Shown: positions 7,649 to 15,325, counted from the first letter of the stretch. The stretch: 64,000 bases of DNA from Escherichia coli (GCF_011045215.1 NZ_CP049201.1), one strand, 5' to 3'. Translations and numbers: made by a program. The notes: generated from the sequence alone by a model not told the origin.

Positions 7649-7850
7649 AGCCTGCTTCTCCTTGCCTTTCGGCACGTAAGAGGCTAACCTACGTTTGTGT
7701 AGCATAGATTGGGCCTCAGATTAATGTTAAGCGTCTTGCCGGACGCGTAATGTTAACTGGGGCTTTTCTCTGTCTGCCTTACAGTGGCATGCCCGAGGCA
7801 GACAGCCTCAGGCACCCGCAACAATCTTACCGACACCGATAAGAAAACGC
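7649..7850 (-). promoter_or_regulatory. hok mRNA leader (mok region), expected to be overlapped by an antisense Sok-type RNA on the plus strand
   Basis: An in-frame upstream extension (mok-like) runs to 7705. Long-range inverted repeat ctgtctgcc/ggcagacag at about 7771-7815. Candidate plus-strand promoter TTGCCT-17-TAACCT at about 7661-7689. Exact Sok ends not determined. Confidence 0.45.
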
Positions 7851-7985
7851 TATTTTTTATTGCCAGAACCTTCTGCCCAGGCTAATGTATCCGCGTCAGA
7901 ACGGCGCAATGCGCTCGCCTGAGATACGTTTACTTGTCATTGGTGGCAACAGATAACGGCAATTGTTGTTTCTGTTTGTTTCCTT

Positions 7986-8018
7986 CAAAAACCCCGGACC
8001 ATCAATCCGGGGTTTTTG
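7986..8018. terminator. Bidirectional stem-loop terminator
   Basis: CCCCGGA-ccatcaa-TCCGGGG (7992-8012) flanked by an A-run and a T-run. Confidence 0.65.
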
Positions 8019-8022
8019 TTTG

Positions 8023-8106
8023 TTATCCCCAGCGGCAAATCGAATACACCATCAGCGCCACCGCCATCGCAATTCCTGCCGTTGTGAATGCTTCAGGCCA
8101 GGTCAT
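8023..8106 (-). CDS. Candidate 27-aa hydrophobic peptide, translationally coupled
   Basis: ATGA overlap with the stop of the 8103-8465 gene. Sequence [27 protein letters not shown]. Its stop lies 5 nt before the terminator hairpin. Below the ORF-track size cut-off. Confidence 0.35.
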   Translation of the reverse strand: MTWPEAFTTAGIAMAVALMVYSICRWG

Positions 8107-8465
8107 CGTAAAATATCCTCCACGCTTATCAGTCCGTTTCGCTCCAGGTAGTCCATCACCTTATCCGGCAGTTTGCAGTCCGGCTTCGCTTTCCTCAGTT
8201 GCCAGGTTAACTGCTTTACCTGCATGGTTAACTCGTCGACCAGACGCTGATACCCCACTGGTTTGTATTCATAAAATTTACCAACTGGCGCTGCTGCCAG
8301 CGATTGCAGTGCAATTTCCAGAACAGCAATATCCATCTTATATGCGCGAATGAGGTCATGGTCGATTGTACCTGGTATGCACAGTCTCTGTGATTCAATA
8401 GTCTCCTCTGCGTGGGCTATTAACTGCTCTTTGGTAAACCGTTCTTCTTTGGTCAAAGTCGCCAT
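8103..8465 (-). CDS. Hypothetical nin-region protein (120 aa)
   Basis: ORF in a tightly packed minus-strand operon. No family recognised. Confidence 0.65.
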   Translation of the reverse strand: MATLTKEERFTKEQLIAHAEETIESQRLCIPGTIDHDLIRAYKMDIAVLEIALQSLAAAPVGKFYEYKPVGYQRLVDELTMQVKQLTWQLRKAKPDCKLPDKVMDYLERNGLISVEDILR

Positions 8466-8466
8466 T

Positions 8467-8640
8467 TTATTCTTCCTCTTCGTCTTTTATTTCGTGATAT
8501 GAGTAATTGCAGTGATTAAAGAAAACATCAATTGCCTCGTTTTCTATTTCCTCAGGAATCGCGTCATCATCCACTTCAAATACATCTTCACGCACGCCAC
8601 CAACAATCCTCGTTTCGATAACTATTTTGAATTTTCGCAT
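8467..8640 (-). CDS. Hypothetical small acidic protein (57 aa)
   Basis: [57 protein letters not shown]. Its stop lies 1 nt before the next gene's ATG. Not in the ORF track (under 60 aa). Confidence 0.5.
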   Translation of the reverse strand: MRKFKIVIETRIVGGVREDVFEVDDDAIPEEIENEAIDVFFNHCNYSYHEIKDEEEE

Positions 8641-8730
8641 TGTCTTACCACCATTTCTGGCAGTCTCCTGATGTTCTGAGGGTGCAGAAATCCCTCCGGT
8701 TAAGGATTTTATTTTCGATAATAATATTGG

Positions 8731-9087
8731 TTATTCTGGTCTGGTTTTTGTCGCCCTGCGTATCCGCGCTTTCACATTGCGCTCAATCTGAATTAGCTTT
8801 TCTATATTTTTACGTCTTTCCCGTTCCTCCTGACGCAATTGTTTTACATCATCTGCCAGTCTGGTTTCTCTTTTCGCCACAGAGAGCATCCAGTCAAATG
8901 GCTCCACAACTGCACCGCAGATTTTACAACGGACCTGACGCTCTTTTTCATCAACCCTGACAGAGGCGTGATGGCAATATGGTTTCTCCGATGACTCATA
9001 AAGAAAATTAACCTGATTACGTGGGTCATCCTCTTTTACCGGAAATAAAACAATATTACTTAACTCATCTTCTGGTTTTATTTCCAC
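8731..9087 (-). CDS. Hypothetical zinc-ribbon/coiled-coil protein (118 aa, GTG start)
   Basis: AGGAG lies 6 nt upstream of the GTG at 9087, just after the upstream stop at 9089. Cys/His cluster CHH...CKIC followed by a basic coiled coil. Confidence 0.6.
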   Translation of the reverse strand: MEIKPEDELSNIVLFPVKEDDPRNQVNFLYESSEKPYCHHASVRVDEKERQVRCKICGAVVEPFDWMLSVAKRETRLADDVKQLRQEERERRKNIEKLIQIERNVKARIRRATKTRPE

Positions 9088-9088
9088 G

Positions 9089-9418
9089 TCACTCTCCTTT
9101 GATGCGAATACCTGCCACACGTAGTGCATGCTCCAAATCAGCCAGATAAAGCCAGCGTCCATGCTCTCTGGGCATCATGACATATTGCTCATCGGCATTT
9201 ATCGGATGACCCCTTCGAAGGTCATAGCAAGTCGGTAACTGCACTGTCCTTGCTTCCAGCTCTGCAATGCGTTTATCTCTGGCTTCCAGTTCGTCCAGTA
9301 ACGCCAGCACAACCTGCGGTGTGACTTTCATGCGAAACGCCAGCAGTTTCTGAGGTGTGGACACTGTTTTTATTGCCTCTGCCACATCACGCAACGCCTG
9401 GTTGTTAATCTGATTCAC
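9089..9418 (-). CDS. Hypothetical coiled-coil phage protein (109 aa)
   Basis: ORF with overlapping start/stop junctions to its neighbours. LLDELEARDKRIAELEAR coiled coil. Confidence 0.65.
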   Translation of the reverse strand: MNQINNQALRDVAEAIKTVSTPQKLLAFRMKVTPQVVLALLDELEARDKRIAELEARTVQLPTCYDLRRGHPINADEQYVMMPREHGRWLYLADLEHALRVAGIRIKGE

Positions 9419-9756
9419 TGCATCACCTCACGATTCCTCAACCAGATACAAACCGGTCCATCCTCGGTGTCATGAATGGAGCCAATAAACCAGCCCTCAC
9501 CCTCTGGTCGTTCAGGTTCCCATGCGGAAATATCGGGACCATCTGCATCCGGGTTAAAATCATCTTCATCCATACTGCGAATAGTCCACTGAAGATTATT
9601 TACCTTCATCCAGGCGTTAAATTCTTCCGTCGAAATATACTCCCGGCCATCACAAAATTTTTCATATTCAGGATGCGTCCAGCAGCCATATTCATCACGT
9701 TCTACCGGCAGTTCTTTGATTTCAATCAAAACATTAACTCCATTAAGATAATGCAA
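9415..9756 (-). CDS. Hypothetical phage protein (113 aa)
   Basis: ORF overlapping its neighbours by 4 and 14 nt. No family recognised. Confidence 0.6.
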   Translation of the reverse strand: MHYLNGVNVLIEIKELPVERDEYGCWTHPEYEKFCDGREYISTEEFNAWMKVNNLQWTIRSMDEDDFNPDADGPDISAWEPERPEGEGWFIGSIHDTEDGPVCIWLRNREVMQ

Positions 9757-9925
9757 AACAAATTAACCACACCACGACAACCGATGCTATTAACACCCTG
9801 ATTGCAAACAGCGGGCTGATATGTCGAAAAGGATTTTCCCAGATAATAAAAGCCGCTGCCAGAAATGCACTGATAAGTAAAACAATAACAAACAGCTCAA
9901 TTTTGATTATCCAGAACATATTCAC
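9743..9925 (-). CDS. Small two-helix membrane protein (60 aa)
   Basis: Strongly hydrophobic sequence. 4-nt overlap with the upstream gene. Confidence 0.5.
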   Translation of the reverse strand: MNMFWIIKIELFVIVLLISAFLAAAFIIWENPFRHISPLFAIRVLIASVVVVWLICFALS

Positions 9926-10212
9926 TGCATCGCCTTCTGTAAAATAACCGCATGCCCCAGCTTCTCCGCCAGCGCCAGTTCTGCCTTAGCACCCGCCGAC
10001 CGCTGCCAGCCATTCAGCATGTAAATCGCATCCACGCAACGTATCATCGCCATGCAGATATCCATGTACTGCGACTGAGTCAGTCCGTCCGGAAGTACTG
10101 CCGGGTTTAAGACGGTATGCCCTTCCCGTTTCAGTTCCTCTTCCGCTTTGTGAAACGCCTCACGGTTGAAGTTTTCATGGCCAGTCATCGGCCCTGCGAC
10201 ATAAACCTTCAT
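9922..10212 (-). CDS. DUF4406 / nucleoside 2-deoxyribosyltransferase-like protein
   Basis: MKVYVAGPMTG...NPA...GW..S.GA..E motif arrangement typical of the family as recalled. Confidence 0.65.
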   Translation of the reverse strand: MKVYVAGPMTGHENFNREAFHKAEEELKREGHTVLNPAVLPDGLTQSQYMDICMAMIRCVDAIYMLNGWQRSAGAKAELALAEKLGHAVILQKAMQ

Positions 10213-10643
10213 ATCGTTTTTACTGTCCCTTTATTGTCCCTGTAAAACATCAAAACCCGCTGCATAACATCGCTATTCCGGCACTCACGACAGATTATGT
10301 TCTGACGCCTGTCATAGCGGCGTATTTCTCCATCTGGTAATGAATAAATCAGGTCTGGGTCGCTCTTTTTCTTCGCTCTGTTTTTCTTCACTCCCCCTTT
10401 CGCGATCTTTTGGTGAGCCCTTTCCCAGTCCCTGTGCGCCTGCTCAGACGGAAATACCCCGTAGTCAGAGTTGTACACCTCACCGCTGGCAGCAAGCTCT
10501 CTGGATAAGCGACCGGTAGTGACTCTGCTGACACCCGTTTTATCTGCCAACTGCTGATGTGTTTCTCGCCCACTCTGGCGTACGAGCTCCACAATGCGCG
10601 CCTTCACTTCTTCCCGTTGTTCGTGTGTGAAAGGTTTTGCCAT
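10209..10643 (-). CDS. Putative HTH DNA-binding protein (144 aa)
   Basis: GGAGG lies 5 nt upstream of the ATG at 10643. HTH-like QQLADKTGVSRVTTGRLSREL. Confidence 0.65.
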   Translation of the reverse strand: MAKPFTHEQREEVKARIVELVRQSGRETHQQLADKTGVSRVTTGRLSRELAASGEVYNSDYGVFPSEQAHRDWERAHQKIAKGGVKKNRAKKKSDPDLIYSLPDGEIRRYDRRQNIICRECRNSDVMQRVLMFYRDNKGTVKTI

Positions 10644-10658
10644 AAGCGCCTCCGGCAA

Positions 10659-11429
10659 TCACTTTTCTGATGCAACACGGCGGGAAGAATCAGTCATCTG
10701 CCGGAAAATATCCCGGTGCTTGTTCAGCTCCCGCAGCGCAGCGCAGACACGTTCCCACTTCCGGATATGACTTTTTGCCCGGCGCAGTTCACGGTTTGCC
10801 ATATGTAGCGATGGCAGCATTACATAGTCGGTATGTTTTTCGGTGAACAATGGCAGTGACTGCACAATATCCGCCACCGTTTCTGTTTTAATTTCTTCCT
10901 GTGTTGCAACCTCCTGTACTGGTAACGCAACCCCCGCTGGCTGAGGAAAGGCTTTACCATCAGTTTCCGCTACCGATGCGGCTTTCAGTTCTGCTGGTAA
11001 ATTCTCGCCTGGCATGCAGTAACGAAATTTACCGTTCTGATTAACGCGTGCCAGTCGCCCTGTTGAGGTTACTACCGCCAGCGTGGAAGCAACCTTGCGA
11101 ATGCTGACACCGAACTTACCCGCCAGTTCCTCACACGTTTTAGCCCCCTCCTGGCCGATAAACTCAATCATCATGTCAGCGGTAACTTTTTGTTCGCCCA
11201 CCCCGGTTAGCACATCCGGTGCTTCAGATTGTACTGGCTGCTCTTCGGTTACCCCGGATTCACCTTCGCCAGCCAGAAACCAGGTGTGGCCAGTTTTATC
11301 AACGACGCCATTTCTTTTGAGTTCCCACAGCTCGTTCAGAACTTCTTCACGACTGATTTCAAGTCGTGCGACCAGTTCCACCGACGTGGCTTTTCCCATT
11401 GCTTTCAGTGCATCAAAAACGGTCTCCAT
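10659..11429 (-). CDS. Hypothetical phage protein (256 aa), possibly DUF1627-like with N-terminal winged helices
   Basis: ORF downstream of the DnaC-like gene. Family assignment is from memory only. Confidence 0.7.
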   Translation of the reverse strand: METVFDALKAMGKATSVELVARLEISREEVLNELWELKRNGVVDKTGHTWFLAGEGESGVTEEQPVQSEAPDVLTGVGEQKVTADMMIEFIGQEGAKTCEELAGKFGVSIRKVASTLAVVTSTGRLARVNQNGKFRYCMPGENLPAELKAASVAETDGKAFPQPAGVALPVQEVATQEEIKTETVADIVQSLPLFTEKHTDYVMLPSLHMANRELRRAKSHIRKWERVCAALRELNKHRDIFRQMTDSSRRVASEK

Positions 11430-11468
11430 TAAAATTTCCTCCCGGTAAAATTATTTCTCAATTCCTGG

Positions 11469-12197
11469 CTAACCAACATTTGAACGCCAGCTCTCCCAGT
11501 TAAAATTCACCCAGCGACCACCGTTCATGGTCATGCGGTCCATCACGCGCTCGCCAAGCAGCGTATTCATTGCCGTATGGTTCAGGTTCGTCAGCATCCC
11601 GACGCTGTGCATCGAGGCTGTTCTGCGATCGACTATCTGGTTCAGTGTGACCTGTTCGTTACGCGTATCCCGCTGCATACCAATTTCATCCAGGACAAGC
11701 AGGTCAACTTCACACAACCCCTGCAAAAATTTTTCGCCCGAGTTTTTGTTGTCGTAGTTGCCGTGTAACGCCAGCATCACATCCGCCACCGTCACCACAA
11801 TCACGCTGCGACCTTTCGCCAGAAGATGGTTGCCAATGGCTGCTGCCAGATGATTCTTTCCGGTACCCGGCTTACCGCTGAACACGAAATTTGTGCATCC
11901 GGTCATCATTTCTTCCGCGATGGATTTTGCCTGGCTCAGCGCGTGGCGTTGGCCATCGTTCTTCACCTGGTAATTCGCAAACGAACACTTCTGGTGCAAC
12001 AGTTGGATACCGGAACGCTTCATAATTTTCTCCACCCGGATCTGGCGATTCTGGCGGTTAATTTCCTCACTACGCTTTCGCCCTTCTGCAAGCTGCCACT
12101 CTCGCCACTCGTCCACTGTCCGGTACGGCGCGGTTACATGCTGCGGGGCCAGCTTACGGATACGCTCAAGAACACCACCTGCCGCAATATTTTTCAT
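11469..12197 (-). CDS. DnaC-like replication helicase loader (lambda P analogue, YdaV-like)
   Basis: Walker A GKPGTGKNHLAAAIG and Walker B LLVLDEIG. Confidence 0.9.
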   Translation of the reverse strand: MKNIAAGGVLERIRKLAPQHVTAPYRTVDEWREWQLAEGRKRSEEINRQNRQIRVEKIMKRSGIQLLHQKCSFANYQVKNDGQRHALSQAKSIAEEMMTGCTNFVFSGKPGTGKNHLAAAIGNHLLAKGRSVIVVTVADVMLALHGNYDNKNSGEKFLQGLCEVDLLVLDEIGMQRDTRNEQVTLNQIVDRRTASMHSVGMLTNLNHTAMNTLLGERVMDRMTMNGGRWVNFNWESWRSNVG

Positions 12198-12203
12198 AAC
12201 CCG

Positions 12204-13313
12204 TTACCCCCTGAATCCCGGCGGAATTTCGGTATCCGGTTCAGAAATATGATTCACACAACGCTGGTTGTTCGTGCCGCTTACCGGGAGCAACCAGGGG
12301 TTTTCAAAATTCCGGTCCGGTCCAAAAAACGTCGTCGCTCGCTGAACAAATTCCGTTCCCGCTTTCCCGGTCGCCGCCAGGTATCTCGCGTAACGCCTCA
12401 CACCATCCAGCATGGTCTCTGGTGGCACCCCCTCGCGCAATCTGGCCTTCCAGGCACTGAATGCGGATTTCTTCGGGTTTGCCCCGGCACGCAACGGGTA
12501 TTCCCGCCAGACCTGTTCGAACACATCCGGATAATCCACTCGTCCCACAGGCCGCCCGGTGTTTTCCGGGACTACCCGATCGGCTTCCCGCTGAATGGCG
12601 GAATCGGCTTCAGGCTGCTGCAGTTGGTGTGATTGCTCCGACCCTGCGGTCATCACCTGCTGCACAGCGCCCGAATCGGTTTTCAGCGCATACGCCGAAT
12701 CGGCTTCCGGTGTCGTGCCTGCTGGCTGACCAGAATTTACGGTCTGAACATCCCCTGCCTGGTTCGTGGTGTTTTTTTCGCCATGAGCTATAGTGTTTTT
12801 GTCCTGTTCTTTCTCCTGCTCCTGTTCCTGTTCTTGGCTTCGAAGCCCCTTAAAAGCCCCTTCGAAGCCCCTTACCGAATTTCGGCTATTATTCCGCCTC
12901 ACATCCAGATGGAAATCCGTTTTATATCTGTCGTAAAACGCTGACAGAAAAGCGTTTTCAGGTAATGATGCATACTCATTCCTGACACCTGCACAACGGT
13001 TATCGCCAGGCTTCAACGTTTCCCCAACCTGCCAGGCTGCCATTTCATGGACCCAGACCATCTCGGCATCATGGTCATAGCTACAAAAACCAGCTTCAAC
13101 AGCCCTTTTAAGCCCCTTTGAAGCCCCTTCCAGACCAAGCCCGGTTTCATGAGCAAGGTATAAAACTGGCAGGTAATACAAACCCAGCATATTTGCGTGA
13201 GGGGATGTCATCAGGTAAAAAGCAACAACTTGCGCTTCTGCACCCGCCTTTCTAAGTTCTCTCCCCGTTTCTCCCAGCCAGAATCGCGGAGAAACTTTTG
13301 CGTAATCACGCAT
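12204..13313 (-). CDS. Replication initiator (O analogue; YdaU/DUF1376-like N-terminus)
   Basis: MRDYAKVSPRFWLGETG... start with a GAGG SD. Sits upstream of the dnaC-like gene. Contains iteron-like repeats. Confidence 0.8.
   Translation of the reverse strand: MRDYAKVSPRFWLGETGRELRKAGAEAQVVAFYLMTSPHANMLGLYYLPVLYLAHETGLGLEGASKGLKRAVEAGFCSYDHDAEMVWVHEMAAWQVGETLKPGDNRCAGVRNEYASLPENAFLSAFYDRYKTDFHLDVRRNNSRNSVRGFEGAFKGLRSQEQEQEQEKEQDKNTIAHGEKNTTNQAGDVQTVNSGQPAGTTPEADSAYALKTDSGAVQQVMTAGSEQSHQLQQPEADSAIQREADRVVPENTGRPVGRVDYPDVFEQVWREYPLRAGANPKKSAFSAWKARLREGVPPETMLDGVRRYARYLAATGKAGTEFVQRATTFFGPDRNFENPWLLPVSGTNNQRCVNHISEPDTEIPPGFRG
12843..12873. repeat. Three AAGCCCCTT repeats at 11-bp spacing (candidate origin iterons, cluster 1)
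   Basis: Exact 9-mers start at 12843, 12854 and 12865, inside the O-like gene next to a low-complexity (QE)n-coding tract. Confidence 0.5.
13099..13129. repeat. Three AAGCCCCTT-type repeats at 11-bp spacing (candidate iterons, cluster 2)
   Basis: Exact 9-mers at 13110 and 13121 plus a degenerate copy at about 13100. Lies 256 bp from cluster 1. Confidence 0.5.
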
Positions 13314-13391
13314 GGCTACCTCATCTGGTGCCGAACCTTCCTCCGGATATAATCTGTGGTTCCCAATCGACAGAACCAGAGGAGGTTCGAC

Positions 13392-13847
13392 ATGTATTTT
13401 TTGAAAAGCCTTTATCAGGCTCATGTATTAAATGTTGCAGCAACAAACCGCTGGTGTAACAGCCCCGAAATGCTCCCGGATTACAGAGCCTGGCTGCGCG
13501 CCGAAACATACCTTCGTCTCGACATATTGATTAGCGAACTTCAAAAAGAGACTGCATCCATTCATAACCTTCAGGGTATCGACGCTGTTCGCATTCTGGT
13601 ATCGCGCCATAGTGCTCTCTCAATAATTGAAGTGCGTCATCTCTCTTTTTCTGAACTGATTTTCTTGCTTCAACCAGCTCTGGAATCAGCGAATATCCCA
13701 CCGAAAGTGATCCAATACCCACCTCATGTTGACGAGCAGTTACAAGATGTGCCATACAACCAGCGTGCTGGATTGACTCCCTGCTCAGAGGCTGAATGGG
13801 ATCACTCTCTGCTGAAGAAATACCAAGATTTGTATAATCCTCAATAA
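13392..13847 (+). CDS. Hypothetical 151-aa protein, counter-oriented within the early-right operon
   Basis: ATG preceded by GAGGAGG (13379-13385) with a 6-nt spacer. Perfect TATAAT at 13348-13353. Hairpin at 13894-13929 downstream. Overlaps a minus-strand ORF. Confidence 0.5.
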   Translation: MYFLKSLYQAHVLNVAATNRWCNSPEMLPDYRAWLRAETYLRLDILISELQKETASIHNLQGIDAVRILVSRHSALSIIEVRHLSFSELIFLLQPALESANIPPKVIQYPPHVDEQLQDVPYNQRAGLTPCSEAEWDHSLLKKYQDLYNPQ

Positions 13848-14040
13848 GCCCGGCACACGCTTCTGCATCAGCCAGCTTTATTCTGGTTTCCTTGCGCTGC
13901 TCTCTGGCTGACAAACGCCAGAGCAGCGCATTAGCTTTATGTATCAACCACTCTGCCAGCTCCACATCAGATAAACCGCCACGCCAGATGTGCGGACTGT
14001 TTTCGTAAACGCTCAGTGTCAATTTTTTGTCATTACTCAT
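13531..14040 (-). CDS. Hypothetical 169-aa ORF between the CII-like and O-like genes (may be a shadow of 13392-13847)
   Basis: Co-oriented with the operon, starts MSNDKKLTLSVYENSPHIW. Weak SD. Contains a 13-15 bp inverted repeat. Shares 317 bp with the plus-strand ORF. Confidence 0.4.
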   Translation of the reverse strand: MSNDKKLTLSVYENSPHIWRGGLSDVELAEWLIHKANALLWRLSAREQRKETRIKLADAEACAGLIEDYTNLGISSAESDPIQPLSRESIQHAGCMAHLVTARQHEVGIGSLSVGYSLIPELVEARKSVQKKRDDALQLLREHYGAIPECEQRRYPEGYEWMQSLFEVR

Positions 14041-14053
14041 ATTTATTACCCAA

Positions 14054-14479
14054 TTAATGCACAGCCAGAGTGTTTCCTGCCGGGCCACCACGATTCATCT
14101 GATCGAACAGAACGATCGCTGATGCAACGAAATCATCAATATCTTTCACCAGCCGTTCCTTCGTCTCTACCAACTCCCGAAAATAAGCGGAACTGTGGCT
14201 GCGCATTCGGGCCACCAGCGGAGGCGGCATTGCTTTTTCGATCGCTGGTAACAACGCCTGAATTTTTTTAACCGCATCAGGGGTGTCTTTATCCAGCCAA
14301 CGGAAAATTTTCTGGGTATTACGAGCCAGCGCTTCCGGATGCCTGTCGTCATATAGCTCCGGGAACGTCATACCCAGCTCAAAATAAGCCTGGGTTATTT
14401 CAGCTGCCGGAACTTTTTCACCGTCCGGATGCGCCCAGGCATTCATCGCCATACGGATGTGTTCATGCTTGATTTTCAT
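14054..14479 (-). CDS. YdaT-type (CII-like) regulator
   Basis: MKIKHEHI... N-terminus and length resemble Rac YdaT as recalled. Follows the Cro-like gene. Confidence 0.8.
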   Translation of the reverse strand: MKIKHEHIRMAMNAWAHPDGEKVPAAEITQAYFELGMTFPELYDDRHPEALARNTQKIFRWLDKDTPDAVKKIQALLPAIEKAMPPPLVARMRSHSSAYFRELVETKERLVKDIDDFVASAIVLFDQMNRGGPAGNTLAVH

Positions 14480-14738
14480 GAATCAACTCCGGTGTATTTG
14501 GTGTGTTAGCCTTATCTCCAGCAGGCAACCCGTCAGTTGGATTCGGGTATAAATCTGGTCGCAATTCATGAGGAGTCACCCCAGTTGCAATATAAATTTG
14601 ACGAACCCGTTCCCCCGTCGGAACTCGACCATTGTATTCATTTGCCCATTTGTGTATTTGAGATGGCCAAGCCCCTATTGCACGCCCTAGTGGACGAATA
14701 CCACCAGCAATCTTTATTGCTTTGTCCAATGCTGTCAT
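14463..14738 (-). CDS. Cro-like repressor (YdaS/DUF1019 type)
   Basis: HTH protein divergent from the repressor gene. MTALDKAIKIAGGIRPLGRAIG... Confidence 0.8.
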   Translation of the reverse strand: MTALDKAIKIAGGIRPLGRAIGAWPSQIHKWANEYNGRVPTGERVRQIYIATGVTPHELRPDLYPNPTDGLPAGDKANTPNTPELIHENQA

Positions 14739-14766
14739 ACAACCTCCAGTTCAACTAATCATAACA

Positions 14767-14835
14767 ATTGTTCACTTAAAACGAACATAAGTCAACACCT
14801 CGAGGAATTGTTAGTGTTCACTGAACGGTTATAAT
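14767..14835. promoter_or_regulatory. Divergent immunity promoters and operators
   Basis: Minus strand: TTGACT (14790-14795) -17- AACAAT (14767-14772). Plus strand: TTGTTA (14808-14813) -16- TATAAT (14830-14835). Operator-like TGTTC-N9-GAACA at 14769-14787 and tgttcact at 14815-14822. Confidence 0.6.
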
Positions 14836-14841
14836 TGCTAA

Positions 14842-15231
14842 ATGGACATGAGAAAAAAGCAATACGACACCCCGCTAGCAGAAAGGTTAGATGCGATCTC
14901 TCAACAGCATCATTTAAGTGGTTCAGATTTAGCGCGTATCGCTGGTGTAGGTCGTTCATCAGTCAACGCATGGAAAAAAAGAGGAACAATCAGTAAAGAT
15001 TCCGCAGCCAAAATTGCAGAAGCCACAAACGTTTCCCTTTCTTGGCTACTGACAGGGAAAGAAGAGACAAATAGAGAAGCGCTTGATGATGACGAGAAGG
15101 CCCTGCTTGATGTTTACAGAAACCTGCCACCTGTAGAACGTAGAAATATGCTGGCAGCTTTTCAAATGCGACTTCAAAAACTGACCGAATTTTACTCAGA
15201 ATACGTCGACCCAATAACACGACAAAAATAA
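14842..15231 (+). CDS. Prophage repressor, DicA-like (XRE HTH, no S24 peptidase domain)
   Basis: HTH LSGSDLARIAGVGRSSVNAWKKRG plus a C-terminal ALLDVYRNLPPVERRN segment like that of DicA. The ATG lies 7 nt after the TATAAT, suggesting a leaderless mRNA. Confidence 0.85.
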   Translation: MDMRKKQYDTPLAERLDAISQQHHLSGSDLARIAGVGRSSVNAWKKRGTISKDSAAKIAEATNVSLSWLLTGKEETNREALDDDEKALLDVYRNLPPVERRNMLAAFQMRLQKLTEFYSEYVDPITRQK

Positions 15232-15252
15232 TTCTTTATTTTACAGAATCAT

Positions 15253-15276
15253 ACCGCCGCAAGGCGGTTTTTTTTA
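15253..15276 (+). terminator. Rho-independent terminator after the repressor gene
   Basis: ACCGCC-gcaa-GGCGGT hairpin followed by TTTTTTTT. Confidence 0.85.
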
Positions 15277-15296
15277 CCTTTTACGTATTCATAATG

Positions 15297-15325
15297 TTGA
15301 CTTTTGTTCACCCAAAGAGAACAAT
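15297..15325 (+). promoter_or_regulatory. PdicB-like early-left promoter with overlapping operator
   Basis: TTGACT (15297-15302) -17- AACAAT (15320-15325), the same hexamers as the Cro-side promoter. Operator TGTTC-N9-GAACA at 15305-15323. Confidence 0.6.

Noticed and set aside
11826-12944. Plus-strand ORFs (268, 110 and 103 aa) antisense to the DnaC-like and O-like genes
   Set aside because: They span a gene junction, have Arg/Pro/Leu-rich nonsense-like sequence, and have no promoter or SD. The minus-strand genes carry clear Walker motifs and family signatures.
14054-14738. YdaS/YdaT as a toxin-antitoxin pair
   Set aside because: Their position (divergent from the repressor, upstream of the replication genes) and HTH content fit Cro-like and CII-like regulators. 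The older TA label is not supported by the context.
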